Source of the DNA: Sedimentisphaerales bacterium
GTDB taxonomy: Bacteria; Planctomycetota; Phycisphaerae; Sedimentisphaerales; SM23-30
Assembly: GCA_963663805.2 (NCBI GenBank)
Contig: CAXXMR010000012.1
Span: 448,001 to 512,000, forward strand
Direction of reading: 5' to 3'
DNA: 64,000 nt
A model generated the notes under the pieces. It worked only from the letters and a program-made list of their open reading frames with translations, was not told where the DNA came from and did no database searches. A program made the translations under genes and the position numbers. Below, in pieces: positions 9,285 to 18,483 of this stretch. Numbering within the stretch: position 1 is the first letter of the stretch; each line of letters starts with the position of its first letter.

Positions 9285-12200
9285 TTAGGCGGGCTCGCGG
9301 GCGAGAATTTTTCTCAGAACGGCCAGCAGGGTGGTTCGGCTTTGGAAATAATTGGGGCTAAGCCGCAAATGGACGGTGCGAGCATCGGGGCGACGGACGC
9401 TTCCAGCAGTTTGGGCGAAAAGTCGGTCTATGTCGGTTCGGTCGTCGAGATTGAAAACCAGGTCGGGCGGCTGTTCGACAATACTGCGTATTTTCCAGCG
9501 GGCGGCGAGTACGCGAATCTCGGCGAGCGAAAGCAAATCCGAAACGGAATCCGGTATTTTGCCGAAGAGGTCGATCAAATCTTTTTCGAGCTGTTCGAGG
9601 TCCTGAGAACTCTGGCAGGTGGCCAGACGGCGGTAGACATCGAGTCGCTGGCGGTCGGAACTAATGTAGCTGCGGGGGATATGGCAATCGAAATTCATTT
9701 CGAGGTGGGTAATCTGGCGGATGGGTTCGGGCTGACCCTGGCGACGACGAACGGCGGCGGCTAGTAGTTGGCAGTACATTTCGTAACCGACGGCGTCGAT
9801 GTGGCCTGACTGTTCGACGCCGAGGATGTTGCCGGCACCGCGGATTTCGAGGTCGCGCATGGCGATGCGGAACCCACTGCCGAGCTGGGAATATTCCTCG
9901 ATGGCTTTGAGGCGTTTTACGGCAGTGGGGTTGACCGGTCGGCGTTGGGGCAGGAGCATATAGGCATAGGCGCGGTTTTTATAGCGACCGACGCGTCCGC
10001 GTAACTGGTGGAGCTCGGCGAGTCCGAAACGGTCGGCGTCGTTGACGATAATGGTGTTGGCGTTGGGGATGTCCAGGCCTGACTCGATGATGGTGGTGCA
10101 GACGAGGATGTCGGCTTGTTTATTGACGAAGGTGAGCATTTTTTCTTCGAGTTCGCGGCGAGACATTTGGCCGTGGCCTACTACCATGCGGGCTTCGGGT
10201 ATTATGGTGCGGAGTTTGTCGGCCATGGACTGGATGGACTGGACGCGATTGTGGAGGAAGTAGGCCTGGCCTTGGCGGTTGAGCTCGCGGAGAAGTATTT
10301 CGCGGATGTGTTTTTCATCGTAGCGGCAGACTTCGGTAACGATGCTGCGTCGGTCCAGGGGCGGGGTTGTCAGGGAGCTGATGTCCCTGATTCCGAGCAG
10401 GGCCATGTGAAGGGTACGCGGAATGGGGGTAGCGGTCATGGTGAGGATATCGACGGTGGAGCGTATGCGTTTGAGGCGTTCTTTGTGTTCCACTCCGAAG
10501 CGTTGTTCTTCGTCGATGACTATCAGACCGAGGTCTTTGAAACTTACGTCTTCGCTGAGGATTCGATGGGTGCCGATGAGAATATCGACTTGTCCTTTGC
10601 GGGCGCGTTCGACGATATTTTTAGCTTCGCGGGCGGTTTTGAAGCGGCTGATACTCTCAACAATAAAGGGGAAGTCAGCGAGTCTTTCGGTAAAGGTACG
10701 GTAGTGCTGTTCGGCCAGTACGGTGGTGGGCACGAGTACGGCGACCTGCTTGCCGTATTCAACGGCCTTGAAGGCGGCGCGGATGGCGAGTTCGGTTTTG
10801 CCATAGCCGACATCGCCGCAGAGGAGGCGGTCCATGGGACGACGCTGCTGCATGTCCCCTTTTATAGCTTGTGAGGTTGTGACCTGGTCGTCGGTGGGTT
10901 CGTAGGGAAAGGCTTCTTCGAATTCCTGCTGCCAGATAGTATCGGCGGGGTAGCAGATACCCGATAGGGTTTGGCGCTGGGCCTGGATTTCGAGCAGTTC
11001 ACCGGCCATATCTTCGACAGCGACACTTACTTTTTGTTTTTGTTTTTCCCAGGACTTACTGCCGAGCTTGCTGAGTTTGGGGCGGAGTCGGGCGGAGCCG
11101 ACGTATTTATGCACCAAATCGATTTTGCCGGCAGGGACGTGGACGAGGGCATTGTCGGCGTATTCGATGGTAAGATATTCTTCTTTGGTCTGGTTTTTTT
11201 CGAGGACTTTTATGCCGCGATATTTTCCGATGCCGTGGGTGACGTGGACGACAAGGTCGTTTACTTCCAAGTCGGTGAAGGTGTCAATGGCCTGGGTGGT
11301 TTTGATGCGACGGATGCGGCGGCGGGTGAGGTGCTGGCCGAAAACTTCGTGATGACTGAGGACCATTAGCTGAGCGGCGGGCAGGGCGAAGCCCTGATGG
11401 ACGAAGCCTACGGGCAGATGGAAATTTTTGGGCAGGGTTTGCTTTTGGCGTCCCTTTTTTTTGTCGGCGGTGATGATTTCTTCAACGCGGAGGCGTTCGG
11501 CGGTGTTTTCGCAATAGAGAAAAACCTGTTGGCCGGCCTGGGCAGCCTGGGTTAATTCATTCAGGGCATCAATCTGGCGGTTTTCAAAACGCTGAAGCGA
11601 CTGGGCGGCAAGGTCGAAAGCCTGCTGGCAGCAATGACCGCAAAAGCGATTGACATACAGTGTGTCGAAATTTTGGGATTGGGCCAGGACAGATTCTACG
11701 GTGTATATGCCTCGTTCATCTTCGAGTCGGTCACGGAAGATTCGGCCCAGTTCGGTGATTTCGGAGGGTTCCTCAAAAATGAGGAGGGTGTCTTTGGGCA
11801 AATAATCGAAAAAGGTTGACTGCTGGTCTGTCGCCCCGCCTGACTTGCAACCGGCGAGGGCAATTTCACGGATGGATTGAGTGGAACGCTGGGTGTCGAT
11901 ATCGAAGAGGCGAATGGAATCTATCATATCGCCGAAGAATTCGATACGGATGGGCTGGTCTCGGCCGGGCGGAAAAATATCCACGATACCACCGCGGGCG
12001 GCACAGTCACCAACGACATCAACCTGGTCTATACGGTTATAGCCGGATTCGATGAGCCAATCGACAATACCGGCGGGGCCATTTGGGGGTTCGTCACCGA
12101 CTTTGAGTTTGAGGCTGTGTTCATGCAGGAAGGACCGGGCGGGGACACTCTGCATCAGGGCCTGCACCGACGCGGCAATCGCTATGCGTACGGGTTTATC

Positions 12201-12545
12201 GTAGGCGAGCATCTGGCACAAACGCAGTCGTTCGCCGGCGGTTTCGGAGGTTATTTCGGTGGTGCCGCGAGTAGTCTCCAGGGCGGGGAACAAATGGGTA
12301 TAGCGACCGAGAAAAGTTTCGAGGTCATCCTGAGCGGCGTCGGCATCAGGGACATGGGCGGTGACAAAAAGCAGGGGGCGTTGCAGAGTGTCCCCTAAAG
12401 ACGCGGCTAACATTCTTCCCAACGAACCCCAGTTTCCGAAGGCTTCGAGTTGATTGTTTTGGGTGGTTCGCGAAGAGAGGTTTTTAGCGATTCCTTCTAC
12501 CGTATCGGCGAGATACCCCAGCAATTCAACATCCTGTCGCTTCAT
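9285..12545 (-). CDS. mfd: Transcription-repair coupling factor
   Basis: RGGIVDIF, VHVTHGIGKY (RID), DRLLCGDVGYGKTE, DEEQRFGV, TATPIPRT, QLRGRVGR, TRG motif. Confidence 0.98.
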   Translation of the reverse strand: MKRQDVELLGYLADTVEGIAKNLSSRTTQNNQLEAFGNWGSLGRMLAASLGDTLQRPLLFVTAHVPDADAAQDDLETFLGRYTHLFPALETTRGTTEITSETAGERLRLCQMLAYDKPVRIAIAASVQALMQSVPARSFLHEHSLKLKVGDEPPNGPAGIVDWLIESGYNRIDQVDVVGDCAARGGIVDIFPPGRDQPIRIEFFGDMIDSIRLFDIDTQRSTQSIREIALAGCKSGGATDQQSTFFDYLPKDTLLIFEEPSEITELGRIFRDRLEDERGIYTVESVLAQSQNFDTLYVNRFCGHCCQQAFDLAAQSLQRFENRQIDALNELTQAAQAGQQVFLYCENTAERLRVEEIITADKKKGRQKQTLPKNFHLPVGFVHQGFALPAAQLMVLSHHEVFGQHLTRRRIRRIKTTQAIDTFTDLEVNDLVVHVTHGIGKYRGIKVLEKNQTKEEYLTIEYADNALVHVPAGKIDLVHKYVGSARLRPKLSKLGSKSWEKQKQKVSVAVEDMAGELLEIQAQRQTLSGICYPADTIWQQEFEEAFPYEPTDDQVTTSQAIKGDMQQRRPMDRLLCGDVGYGKTELAIRAAFKAVEYGKQVAVLVPTTVLAEQHYRTFTERLADFPFIVESISRFKTAREAKNIVERARKGQVDILIGTHRILSEDVSFKDLGLIVIDEEQRFGVEHKERLKRIRSTVDILTMTATPIPRTLHMALLGIRDISSLTTPPLDRRSIVTEVCRYDEKHIREILLRELNRQGQAYFLHNRVQSIQSMADKLRTIIPEARMVVGHGQMSRRELEEKMLTFVNKQADILVCTTIIESGLDIPNANTIIVNDADRFGLAELHQLRGRVGRYKNRAYAYMLLPQRRPVNPTAVKRLKAIEEYSQLGSGFRIAMRDLEIRGAGNILGVEQSGHIDAVGYEMYCQLLAAAVRRRQGQPEPIRQITHLEMNFDCHIPRSYISSDRQRLDVYRRLATCQSSQDLEQLEKDLIDLFGKIPDSVSDLLSLAEIRVLAARWKIRSIVEQPPDLVFNLDDRTDIDRLFAQTAGSVRRPDARTVHLRLSPNYFQSRTTLLAVLRKILAREPA

Positions 12546-12577
12546 ATTCTCAAGGCCTTAATGCCTGTGGGCAGCGA

Positions 12578-14314
12578 TTAATCCTTGCGGCTGACCTGTC
12601 GGAATTCGTCCAGTGAAACCAGTCCGTCGCGGAGCTTGCGGACGCCGTCTTCTCGTAAGGTCTGGAAAATCCAGTCGCCGGCGGCAACTCGCAACTGCTG
12701 GATAGAAGGTTTAGAGCATATAGCGTCGCGGACCTGGTCGTTTATGCTAAGCATTTCGAAGATGGCGGCGCGACCCTTATGGCCAATTCCGAGGCAGTCT
12801 TCACAACCAACAGGAGCGTAAAGATCGGTGCCGGCTATATTGTCCAGTCCCAGTTCGTTAAGGTCACGGACACTGGGTTTGAATTTCATTTTGCAACGTG
12901 GGCAAAGCGTTCTCAGCAATCTTTGGGACAGTACCGAACTTAACGCCGAGCCGAGCAGAAAGGGTTCCACACCTAAATCGAGCATACGGAAAACGCAGCC
13001 GATAGAATCACGCGCGTGTACGGTGCTCAAAACAAGATGGCCTGTCATGGCGGACTGGACGGCCATTCGAGCAGTTTCGGGGTCGCGCATCTCACCGATG
13101 AGAATGATGTCGGGGTCCTGCCGCAACAATGTTGAAAGCGCGGCGGCGAAGGTAATGTTATGTTTTGCGTCAACCTGAATCTGGGTTACGCTGTTGATTT
13201 TGTACTCGACAGGGTCTTCGACGGTAACGATATTTTTACTGTGACTGTTCATCTCGTGCAGCACGGCATAAACGGTTGTGGTTTTACCGCTGCCGGTTGG
13301 TCCGCAGACGACAATCATACTTGATTCGCGTGAGGTCTCGCGACGCACTTCCTGGAGGATGTATCCGTCCATACCGAGAGTTTCGAGACTCTGGGGGGCA
13401 AGTTCCTTGTCGAGAATACGCAGCACCATTTTATCGCCGAGCGTACTGGGCGCGACGGATACACGCAAATCGACACGGCGGTTGGGTAACTGCACGGCGA
13501 AACTGCCATCGACCATAATATGCTTTTTATTGATATCAACGTTGCACAACAACTTGACGATGGAGTACATACTTCGGGCGACTTCTATTTCCAGCGAGCC
13601 GGCAGTGTGGAGATAGCCGTCGATGCGATAGCGCAGGTCAAGTCGTTCCTCGCGTGGCTCGATGTGGATGTCGGTAGCTTTGAGCTGGAAGCTTTTGAGG
13701 ATTACCTGCTTCAAACGCAACATGGCTTCGGAGACTTCCGAAGCGTCTTTGTCACGAGCGTGGGCGGGTTTGCCGGCGTAGTTGAGGGGAATAATGTCGT
13801 TCAGGGTCAGGGGGCCGGCGGTATTGTAAACAATTGTTTCGGCGATTTTGAGCCTGCCGGCATCATTAAAACCGATGAGCTGGTCACTGAAAGTAATGGA
13901 TTCTGATACAGCCGTGGCGGCTTTTTCGCGGTCCCGCCGGGGGCGAGGGCGGCCCTGGGGGCGAACCTTGGCGGGTAAGGCGCTTTTCATGACGGGGAGT
14001 TTGGGCGCATCAGGGTCGATTTGTTTAGGGCTGACCCAGAAACGAATTACCGCTTTGCCGATACAGATTTCGTCGCCGTTCCGCATGGGGGTTGGTTCTT
14101 CTATGCGATGCCGGTTGAGCTCGGTTCCATTGCGACTTTGGAGGTCGAAAAGGACAAAACCGCTTTCGGCGCGTCCTATGCGACAATGCTGGCGCGAAGC
14201 GCGGGGGTCGCTGATAACGATATGGTTATCAGAGGTCCGGCCGATACTGACATCTTCGCCAATAACCTGAATGCGGCGCGGGGTTTTCTCGTCATATATG
14301 TCAAAAATCGGCAT
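12578..14314 (-). CDS. FHA-domain-fused GspE/PilB-family secretion ATPase
   Basis: FHA: IGR..SRQHC..DLQSRNGT. ATPase: ATDIHIEP, GPTGSGKTTT, TVEDPVEY, LRQDPDIILIGEMRD, TGHLVLSTVH, CPRC/CEDC tetracysteine. Confidence 0.93.
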   Translation of the reverse strand: MPIFDIYDEKTPRRIQVIGEDVSIGRTSDNHIVISDPRASRQHCRIGRAESGFVLFDLQSRNGTELNRHRIEEPTPMRNGDEICIGKAVIRFWVSPKQIDPDAPKLPVMKSALPAKVRPQGRPRPRRDREKAATAVSESITFSDQLIGFNDAGRLKIAETIVYNTAGPLTLNDIIPLNYAGKPAHARDKDASEVSEAMLRLKQVILKSFQLKATDIHIEPREERLDLRYRIDGYLHTAGSLEIEVARSMYSIVKLLCNVDINKKHIMVDGSFAVQLPNRRVDLRVSVAPSTLGDKMVLRILDKELAPQSLETLGMDGYILQEVRRETSRESSMIVVCGPTGSGKTTTVYAVLHEMNSHSKNIVTVEDPVEYKINSVTQIQVDAKHNITFAAALSTLLRQDPDIILIGEMRDPETARMAVQSAMTGHLVLSTVHARDSIGCVFRMLDLGVEPFLLGSALSSVLSQRLLRTLCPRCKMKFKPSVRDLNELGLDNIAGTDLYAPVGCEDCLGIGHKGRAAIFEMLSINDQVRDAICSKPSIQQLRVAAGDWIFQTLREDGVRKLRDGLVSLDEFRQVSRKD

Positions 14315-14373
14315 AATTACCTTTTGATACTCCTGTGATACAGGAAATCACATCTAAAAGCTGACAACTCTTT

Positions 14374-14402
14374 ATAATGACGGAAGTTGTCTGATTTGTC
14401 AA
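14374..14402 (-). promoter_or_regulatory. Putative sigma70 promoter of the FHA-GspE gene
   Basis: TTGACA (14402-14397), 17 bp spacer, CATTAT (14379-14374). Confidence 0.5.
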
Positions 14403-14481
14403 GCAACGTAAAACTCAGTCCCAGAGAGGTCGCTTCGGGCTTTTGTTGGAGTTTGGGTTAAATATGGCTGGTGGTGGTCGT

Positions 14482-14510
14482 ATCCGGCTGCTTATGCGGC
14501 TCGGCTTTTG
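14482..14510 (+). repeat. Dispersed intergenic repeat A, copy 2
   Basis: ATCCGGCTGCTTATGCGGCTCGGCTTTTG, 27/29 identical to 5288-5316. Confidence 0.8.
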
Positions 14511-14621
14511 CGTTCTGGTGACGAGGGCTAATCGCGGCACGCCCTGCAACGGTGTGATTTTTGTCACATCGTTACAGGGGTCACGGGTTTATAATTTTAA
14601 GTCTGTCCGGCTCGGCAGGCG

Positions 14622-15584
14622 TTAAAGTGCCGCCATAAACTGTAGTACTTTGTCGTCCCAGCGTGGTAATAGTTCGTGGCCATAGTCGGGGTAGATTACC
14701 AACTGTTTTTTGGAGGTAATTTTGTTGTAGGCGGCAAACTGGGTTGAGGGCGGACAGATGGTATCCTGTAAACTAACCGCCATCAGAACCTCGGCCTTGA
14801 TGCGGTTGGCCAGGAACTGCAAATCGATATAACCGAGCTGAGTGAAGATTTCGGTTTCGCGTTCGTGCAGCGGGTCATGCAGTCGGAAGAAAGTTTTGAG
14901 CTCTTCGTAGGCACGTTCGCACTGGTCGATGTCCCAGACTCGGCGGAAGTCGCACAAAAACGGAAAGGTCGGGGCCGCTCGTTTGATGCGAGGTTCAAGT
15001 GAGGCGCAGGCCAGGGTTAAAGCGCCGCCCTGACTGCCACCAAAAGCACCCACGCGGTTTTCGTCCACGTCATCCATGTCCATTACAATACCGGCTAGCT
15101 GGGCGGTGTCGAGGAACATGTGGCGGAAGAGCATATTTTCGGGTTTGTCATCAAGACCGCGGACGATGTGTCCGCGGAGGGTCGTGCCTTTGACGCCGCC
15201 GGTGTCCTCTGATAAACCGCCCTGACCACGACAATCGAGAGAGGCAATTGTATAGCCCATAGCAACATAGGGAAGTTTGCCAAACCAGTCACCGGAGTTG
15301 CCAGCATAGCCGTGGAACTGTACTAAACCAGGATGAGAAGGCTGAGCATTTTTGGGTTTTAAGAGTTTGGCGTGGAGGCGGGCGTCTCTTACGCTGGTGA
15401 AGAACATGTCATAGCACTCGGCAAAATCGATCTGGAATTCGGCTTTGCGTAGTTCGATTTTGGGGTCAACGGCCTTCATTTCAGCCAGGGCATCAGCCCA
15501 GTATTTATCATGGTCGGCGGGGCGGGGGTTGACTCCCTTATACTCGTACAATTTTTCCAGAGGCATATCAAATAACAAAGGCAT
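14622..15584 (-). CDS. Acetylxylan esterase / cephalosporin-C deacetylase (CE7)
   Basis: FHGY, DCRGQGG, GGSQGG nucleophile, D..CPPSTQFAAYN, YGHE; SD AGGAG before ATG 15584. Confidence 0.95.
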   Translation of the reverse strand: MPLLFDMPLEKLYEYKGVNPRPADHDKYWADALAEMKAVDPKIELRKAEFQIDFAECYDMFFTSVRDARLHAKLLKPKNAQPSHPGLVQFHGYAGNSGDWFGKLPYVAMGYTIASLDCRGQGGLSEDTGGVKGTTLRGHIVRGLDDKPENMLFRHMFLDTAQLAGIVMDMDDVDENRVGAFGGSQGGALTLACASLEPRIKRAAPTFPFLCDFRRVWDIDQCERAYEELKTFFRLHDPLHERETEIFTQLGYIDLQFLANRIKAEVLMAVSLQDTICPPSTQFAAYNKITSKKQLVIYPDYGHELLPRWDDKVLQFMAAL

Positions 15585-15676
15585 AAATAAATCTCCTAAC
15601 CCAGATAAACTGGAAATCCTAAGCACTAAATTCTAGATTTTAAACTCAAAATTCAACACAAACAACGGAAATATTT

Positions 15677-15701
15677 AACCGCGGATTACGCGGATTTTTA
15701 A
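15677..15701 (+). repeat. Dispersed intergenic repeat B, copy 1
   Basis: AACCGCGGATTACGCGGATTTTTAA, identical to 44968-44992, with an internal 9-nt period. Confidence 0.85.
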
Positions 15702-15720
15702 GGTACTGAAACAAATTTAG

Positions 15721-17088
15721 CTATTCCACTCTCAGGGCATTAACGGCTGGTAATCTGCCGGCTCGCAAGGCTGGAATCAACGCCCCTAATACGCAGGCTA
15801 ATACCGCACACAAAACTATTGCCGCGGCCTGGCTAACATCCACCACATCCGGGATACGACTGATAGCATACATTGTGGGATCCCACAAACGAAATCCCCA
15901 GTGGCGGTTGAGCAAGGCTTCTATGTTGTTGCTGTGGGTGACGATTAGTACGCCAGCGGCGGTTCCCAGTGCCGAGCCGGTGATTCCGACCAGCAGGCCA
16001 TAGCCGAGAAACAGGGAACTGACGGCCCAGGATGAGCCGCCCAGACTTTTGATGACGCCAAGGTCGCGGTATTTTTCCAGCACGATCATGTAGAAAATAG
16101 CGAAAATAATGAAGACTGCCATCGAGCCGACCAGGACGAAAACCACGACCATCATGGCTTTTTCGTTTTCGGCAACGGCGATATGACTGCGGCGGAATTG
16201 TTTCCAGGTTTGTACTTTAACATCGGCGAGGAGGTTTCCCTGTGGTTCATGTCCCCATTTATTTTTAAAATTTTGCCAGAGGGTTTCGATTTCGTGAAGG
16301 GCGTGATTTAGTGAGACATTTTCGCTTAGCTTAACTCTGATTTCGTGGGCGCGTTTAATGCCGCCGTCGCTGCCGTCCATCCAGGCCAAGCGCTGCAACT
16401 GGGCGAAGTCGATGTACATTGCCATACGGTCGATATCGACGAGGCTGCTTTGGGAATCATCAACGTAATAAAATTTTTCGGAGGCACCGGCTCCGGTTCC
16501 GGCGAGCGTACCGCGCCAGGTCAGGCCAAAGACTGTCACGGTCCAGGCAGCACCACCGCCGGGGATAAGATAATTATCGTGCATGATTTCCAGCGACCTG
16601 GTATCCCAGCCGCTGGGCAACTGGTAAATGCCCATGATACAACCGTTTGAGGCCTGCTGAGGAGTCAAGCCCAAACCGATTTCGGGCACCTGGAAATTGG
16701 CATTTTTGTTTTGCTTCTGATGGTAGAGCGTATCGGCGAAATTTGTGGTCTGGCAAAACTCGTCCAGTCTGATGCCGTAGAGTTCGACGGCTGTTCCCTC
16801 ACTGAGCAGTCCAAAAGTATGGACTACCGCGGCGGCGTTATCGACAACCGGGGAATTTCGCAGCTCGGTCATGAATTCATCGTAGTAACCGAAGCCGACC
16901 AGCGAATCGCGGGTGATAACCATGTCGCCGGTCCAGGCGTGGTTGCGTGAGCGGGTGTCATTCAGCAGGCCGGTCATGACACTTAGTACGACCAGGACCA
17001 TCATTACCAGCAGAGCAATAGCCCCCACCGCCAGCATTGCCACGCGCCGGGTTATGAAGTAGCGCCATATCAACAAGAGCTTGAACAT
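15721..17088 (-). CDS. LolC/E-family (MacB/FtsX-like) ABC permease
   Basis: 'WRY..RR...L.V..LSVMTG' N-terminus, large periplasmic domain, 'MIVLEKYRDLGVIKSLG', 'PALRAGRL.AVNALRVE' C-terminus. Confidence 0.9.
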   Translation of the reverse strand: MFKLLLIWRYFITRRVAMLAVGAIALLVMMVLVVLSVMTGLLNDTRSRNHAWTGDMVITRDSLVGFGYYDEFMTELRNSPVVDNAAAVVHTFGLLSEGTAVELYGIRLDEFCQTTNFADTLYHQKQNKNANFQVPEIGLGLTPQQASNGCIMGIYQLPSGWDTRSLEIMHDNYLIPGGGAAWTVTVFGLTWRGTLAGTGAGASEKFYYVDDSQSSLVDIDRMAMYIDFAQLQRLAWMDGSDGGIKRAHEIRVKLSENVSLNHALHEIETLWQNFKNKWGHEPQGNLLADVKVQTWKQFRRSHIAVAENEKAMMVVVFVLVGSMAVFIIFAIFYMIVLEKYRDLGVIKSLGGSSWAVSSLFLGYGLLVGITGSALGTAAGVLIVTHSNNIEALLNRHWGFRLWDPTMYAISRIPDVVDVSQAAAIVLCAVLACVLGALIPALRAGRLPAVNALRVE

Positions 17089-17456
17089 TACTTCACCGCC
17101 CTTAGCAATTTCAAGCCTATTATGAAAAAAGCGACGGCGATTATTCCCAGTACAATCTTGCCGGCCCAGACCAGAACCATACTCTCGAAAATATCGTCGA
17201 GAGTGATGATATAGCCCTGCTGACCAAGAATGATGGCTGCGACCAGCGAAACTGACAGAATAAGAAACAGCACTCCTCTAACTCCCTCGGCAAAGTGTAC
17301 CAAGGGCGATGCTTTGGAATCGTGAGTTCTTTTTGCCGGAGCGGGGGCAGGGGCAGTTTCGGTTTGTTTAGACTGACCCCTTTCCAGTTTGGCCTGGGCT
17401 TTGAGCCGTTTTTTTTCGGCCTTGCCGAGAGTTTTTTGAACCTTTTTGTCATCCAT
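17088..17456 (-). CDS. Small membrane protein (basic N-terminus, 2 TM), hypothetical
   Basis: Two hydrophobic helices; its TAA stop overlaps the ATG of the LolC/E gene. Confidence 0.7.
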   Translation of the reverse strand: MDDKKVQKTLGKAEKKRLKAQAKLERGQSKQTETAPAPAPAKRTHDSKASPLVHFAEGVRGVLFLILSVSLVAAIILGQQGYIITLDDIFESMVLVWAGKIVLGIIAVAFFIIGLKLLRAVK

Positions 17457-17499
17457 GACCGGAGATTTTACCAGCGCCGGGAGGCGGGGACAAGGCCCA

Positions 17500-18294
17500 T
17501 TATTTTTTAAGGCATTTGGTTTTTCTGGTTCTCAGCAGGCCTACAGTGCCGGTGCCGAGGAATGCCAGAACCAAAGCGCCCGGTGCAGGGACGGCCGGCG
17601 GGGCTGAAGGAGAGGTCATTTCAACTCCCGCTAAAACGCCCCACTCCTCGAAACCGGCGTCAGCGGAGGTCCGCCAATTGTCGGATCTACTGTCATAGCC
17701 GAATTCTGAATATAAATATACGTAATCGTTCGTCTGACTGAAAAGGATATCCGGGATGAGCATTCTGACATCGCCGGAGCCGCTGCCGGGGCCAAACAAA
17801 ATGCCATTCATTACGACCCGGCTGTCGCCACTGCTGTCGAGATTATAAATCAGGTTGTTAAAAGCCTGAGGGTAGCCCGACAGAGCGGGTGAATTTTCGA
17901 CGAAAATTTTTACGACATCGAGCGAGATATAACGATTGCGATTGTTCTGCTCGTCAATATCCAGCAGGAATTCGCGGTAGTAGAATCCGTCTTTTTCGAC
18001 TACGGGTATATCACTGACTTGAATGGAATGGGTCCACAGGCCAGCCTTGGTATCACCCTCTACGGCGCCATCAGTATTATAGCCGGTCTCAACGCCTTTG
18101 CCCTGGATACGCAGGAAGGGTTCAAATACTCCGGTGCCAGTTGAGTTCGCGGGGTTATAGGTTTCGAACCAGGCGCCGTTAAGCCAGCCGGAACAGTCGG
18201 TTTTCAAAAGTTCCAGAGTAGAGCAGGCCCGGCCAGGGCCGCATAAAGATGTCCCGAATATCAACAAACCGCTTATCAGCACTAACTTCTTCAT
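17500..18294 (-). CDS. PEP-CTERM-like surface protein (VPAPGA variant)
   Basis: Signal peptide MKKLVLISGLLIFG; C-terminal VPAPGALVLAFLGTGTVGLLR plus basic tail. Confidence 0.85.
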   Translation of the reverse strand: MKKLVLISGLLIFGTSLCGPGRACSTLELLKTDCSGWLNGAWFETYNPANSTGTGVFEPFLRIQGKGVETGYNTDGAVEGDTKAGLWTHSIQVSDIPVVEKDGFYYREFLLDIDEQNNRNRYISLDVVKIFVENSPALSGYPQAFNNLIYNLDSSGDSRVVMNGILFGPGSGSGDVRMLIPDILFSQTNDYVYLYSEFGYDSRSDNWRTSADAGFEEWGVLAGVEMTSPSAPPAVPAPGALVLAFLGTGTVGLLRTRKTKCLKK

Positions 18295-18483
18295 AGTTTC
18301 TCTCCGCAACAACTTCCAGGAACAGTCCTATAAGAACTATTCTGATTATCCATCCCCGGTCCCCAGCTCTATATCTATGGATTATATCACCGTTTTCGGC
18401 TGGTTGCGGGCGAGAACCAGGAATTTCGGAAAAAAGTTTCCGCTGATTGTGCCCCCCTTTGACGGTTGTAAGGATTGTAGCGG

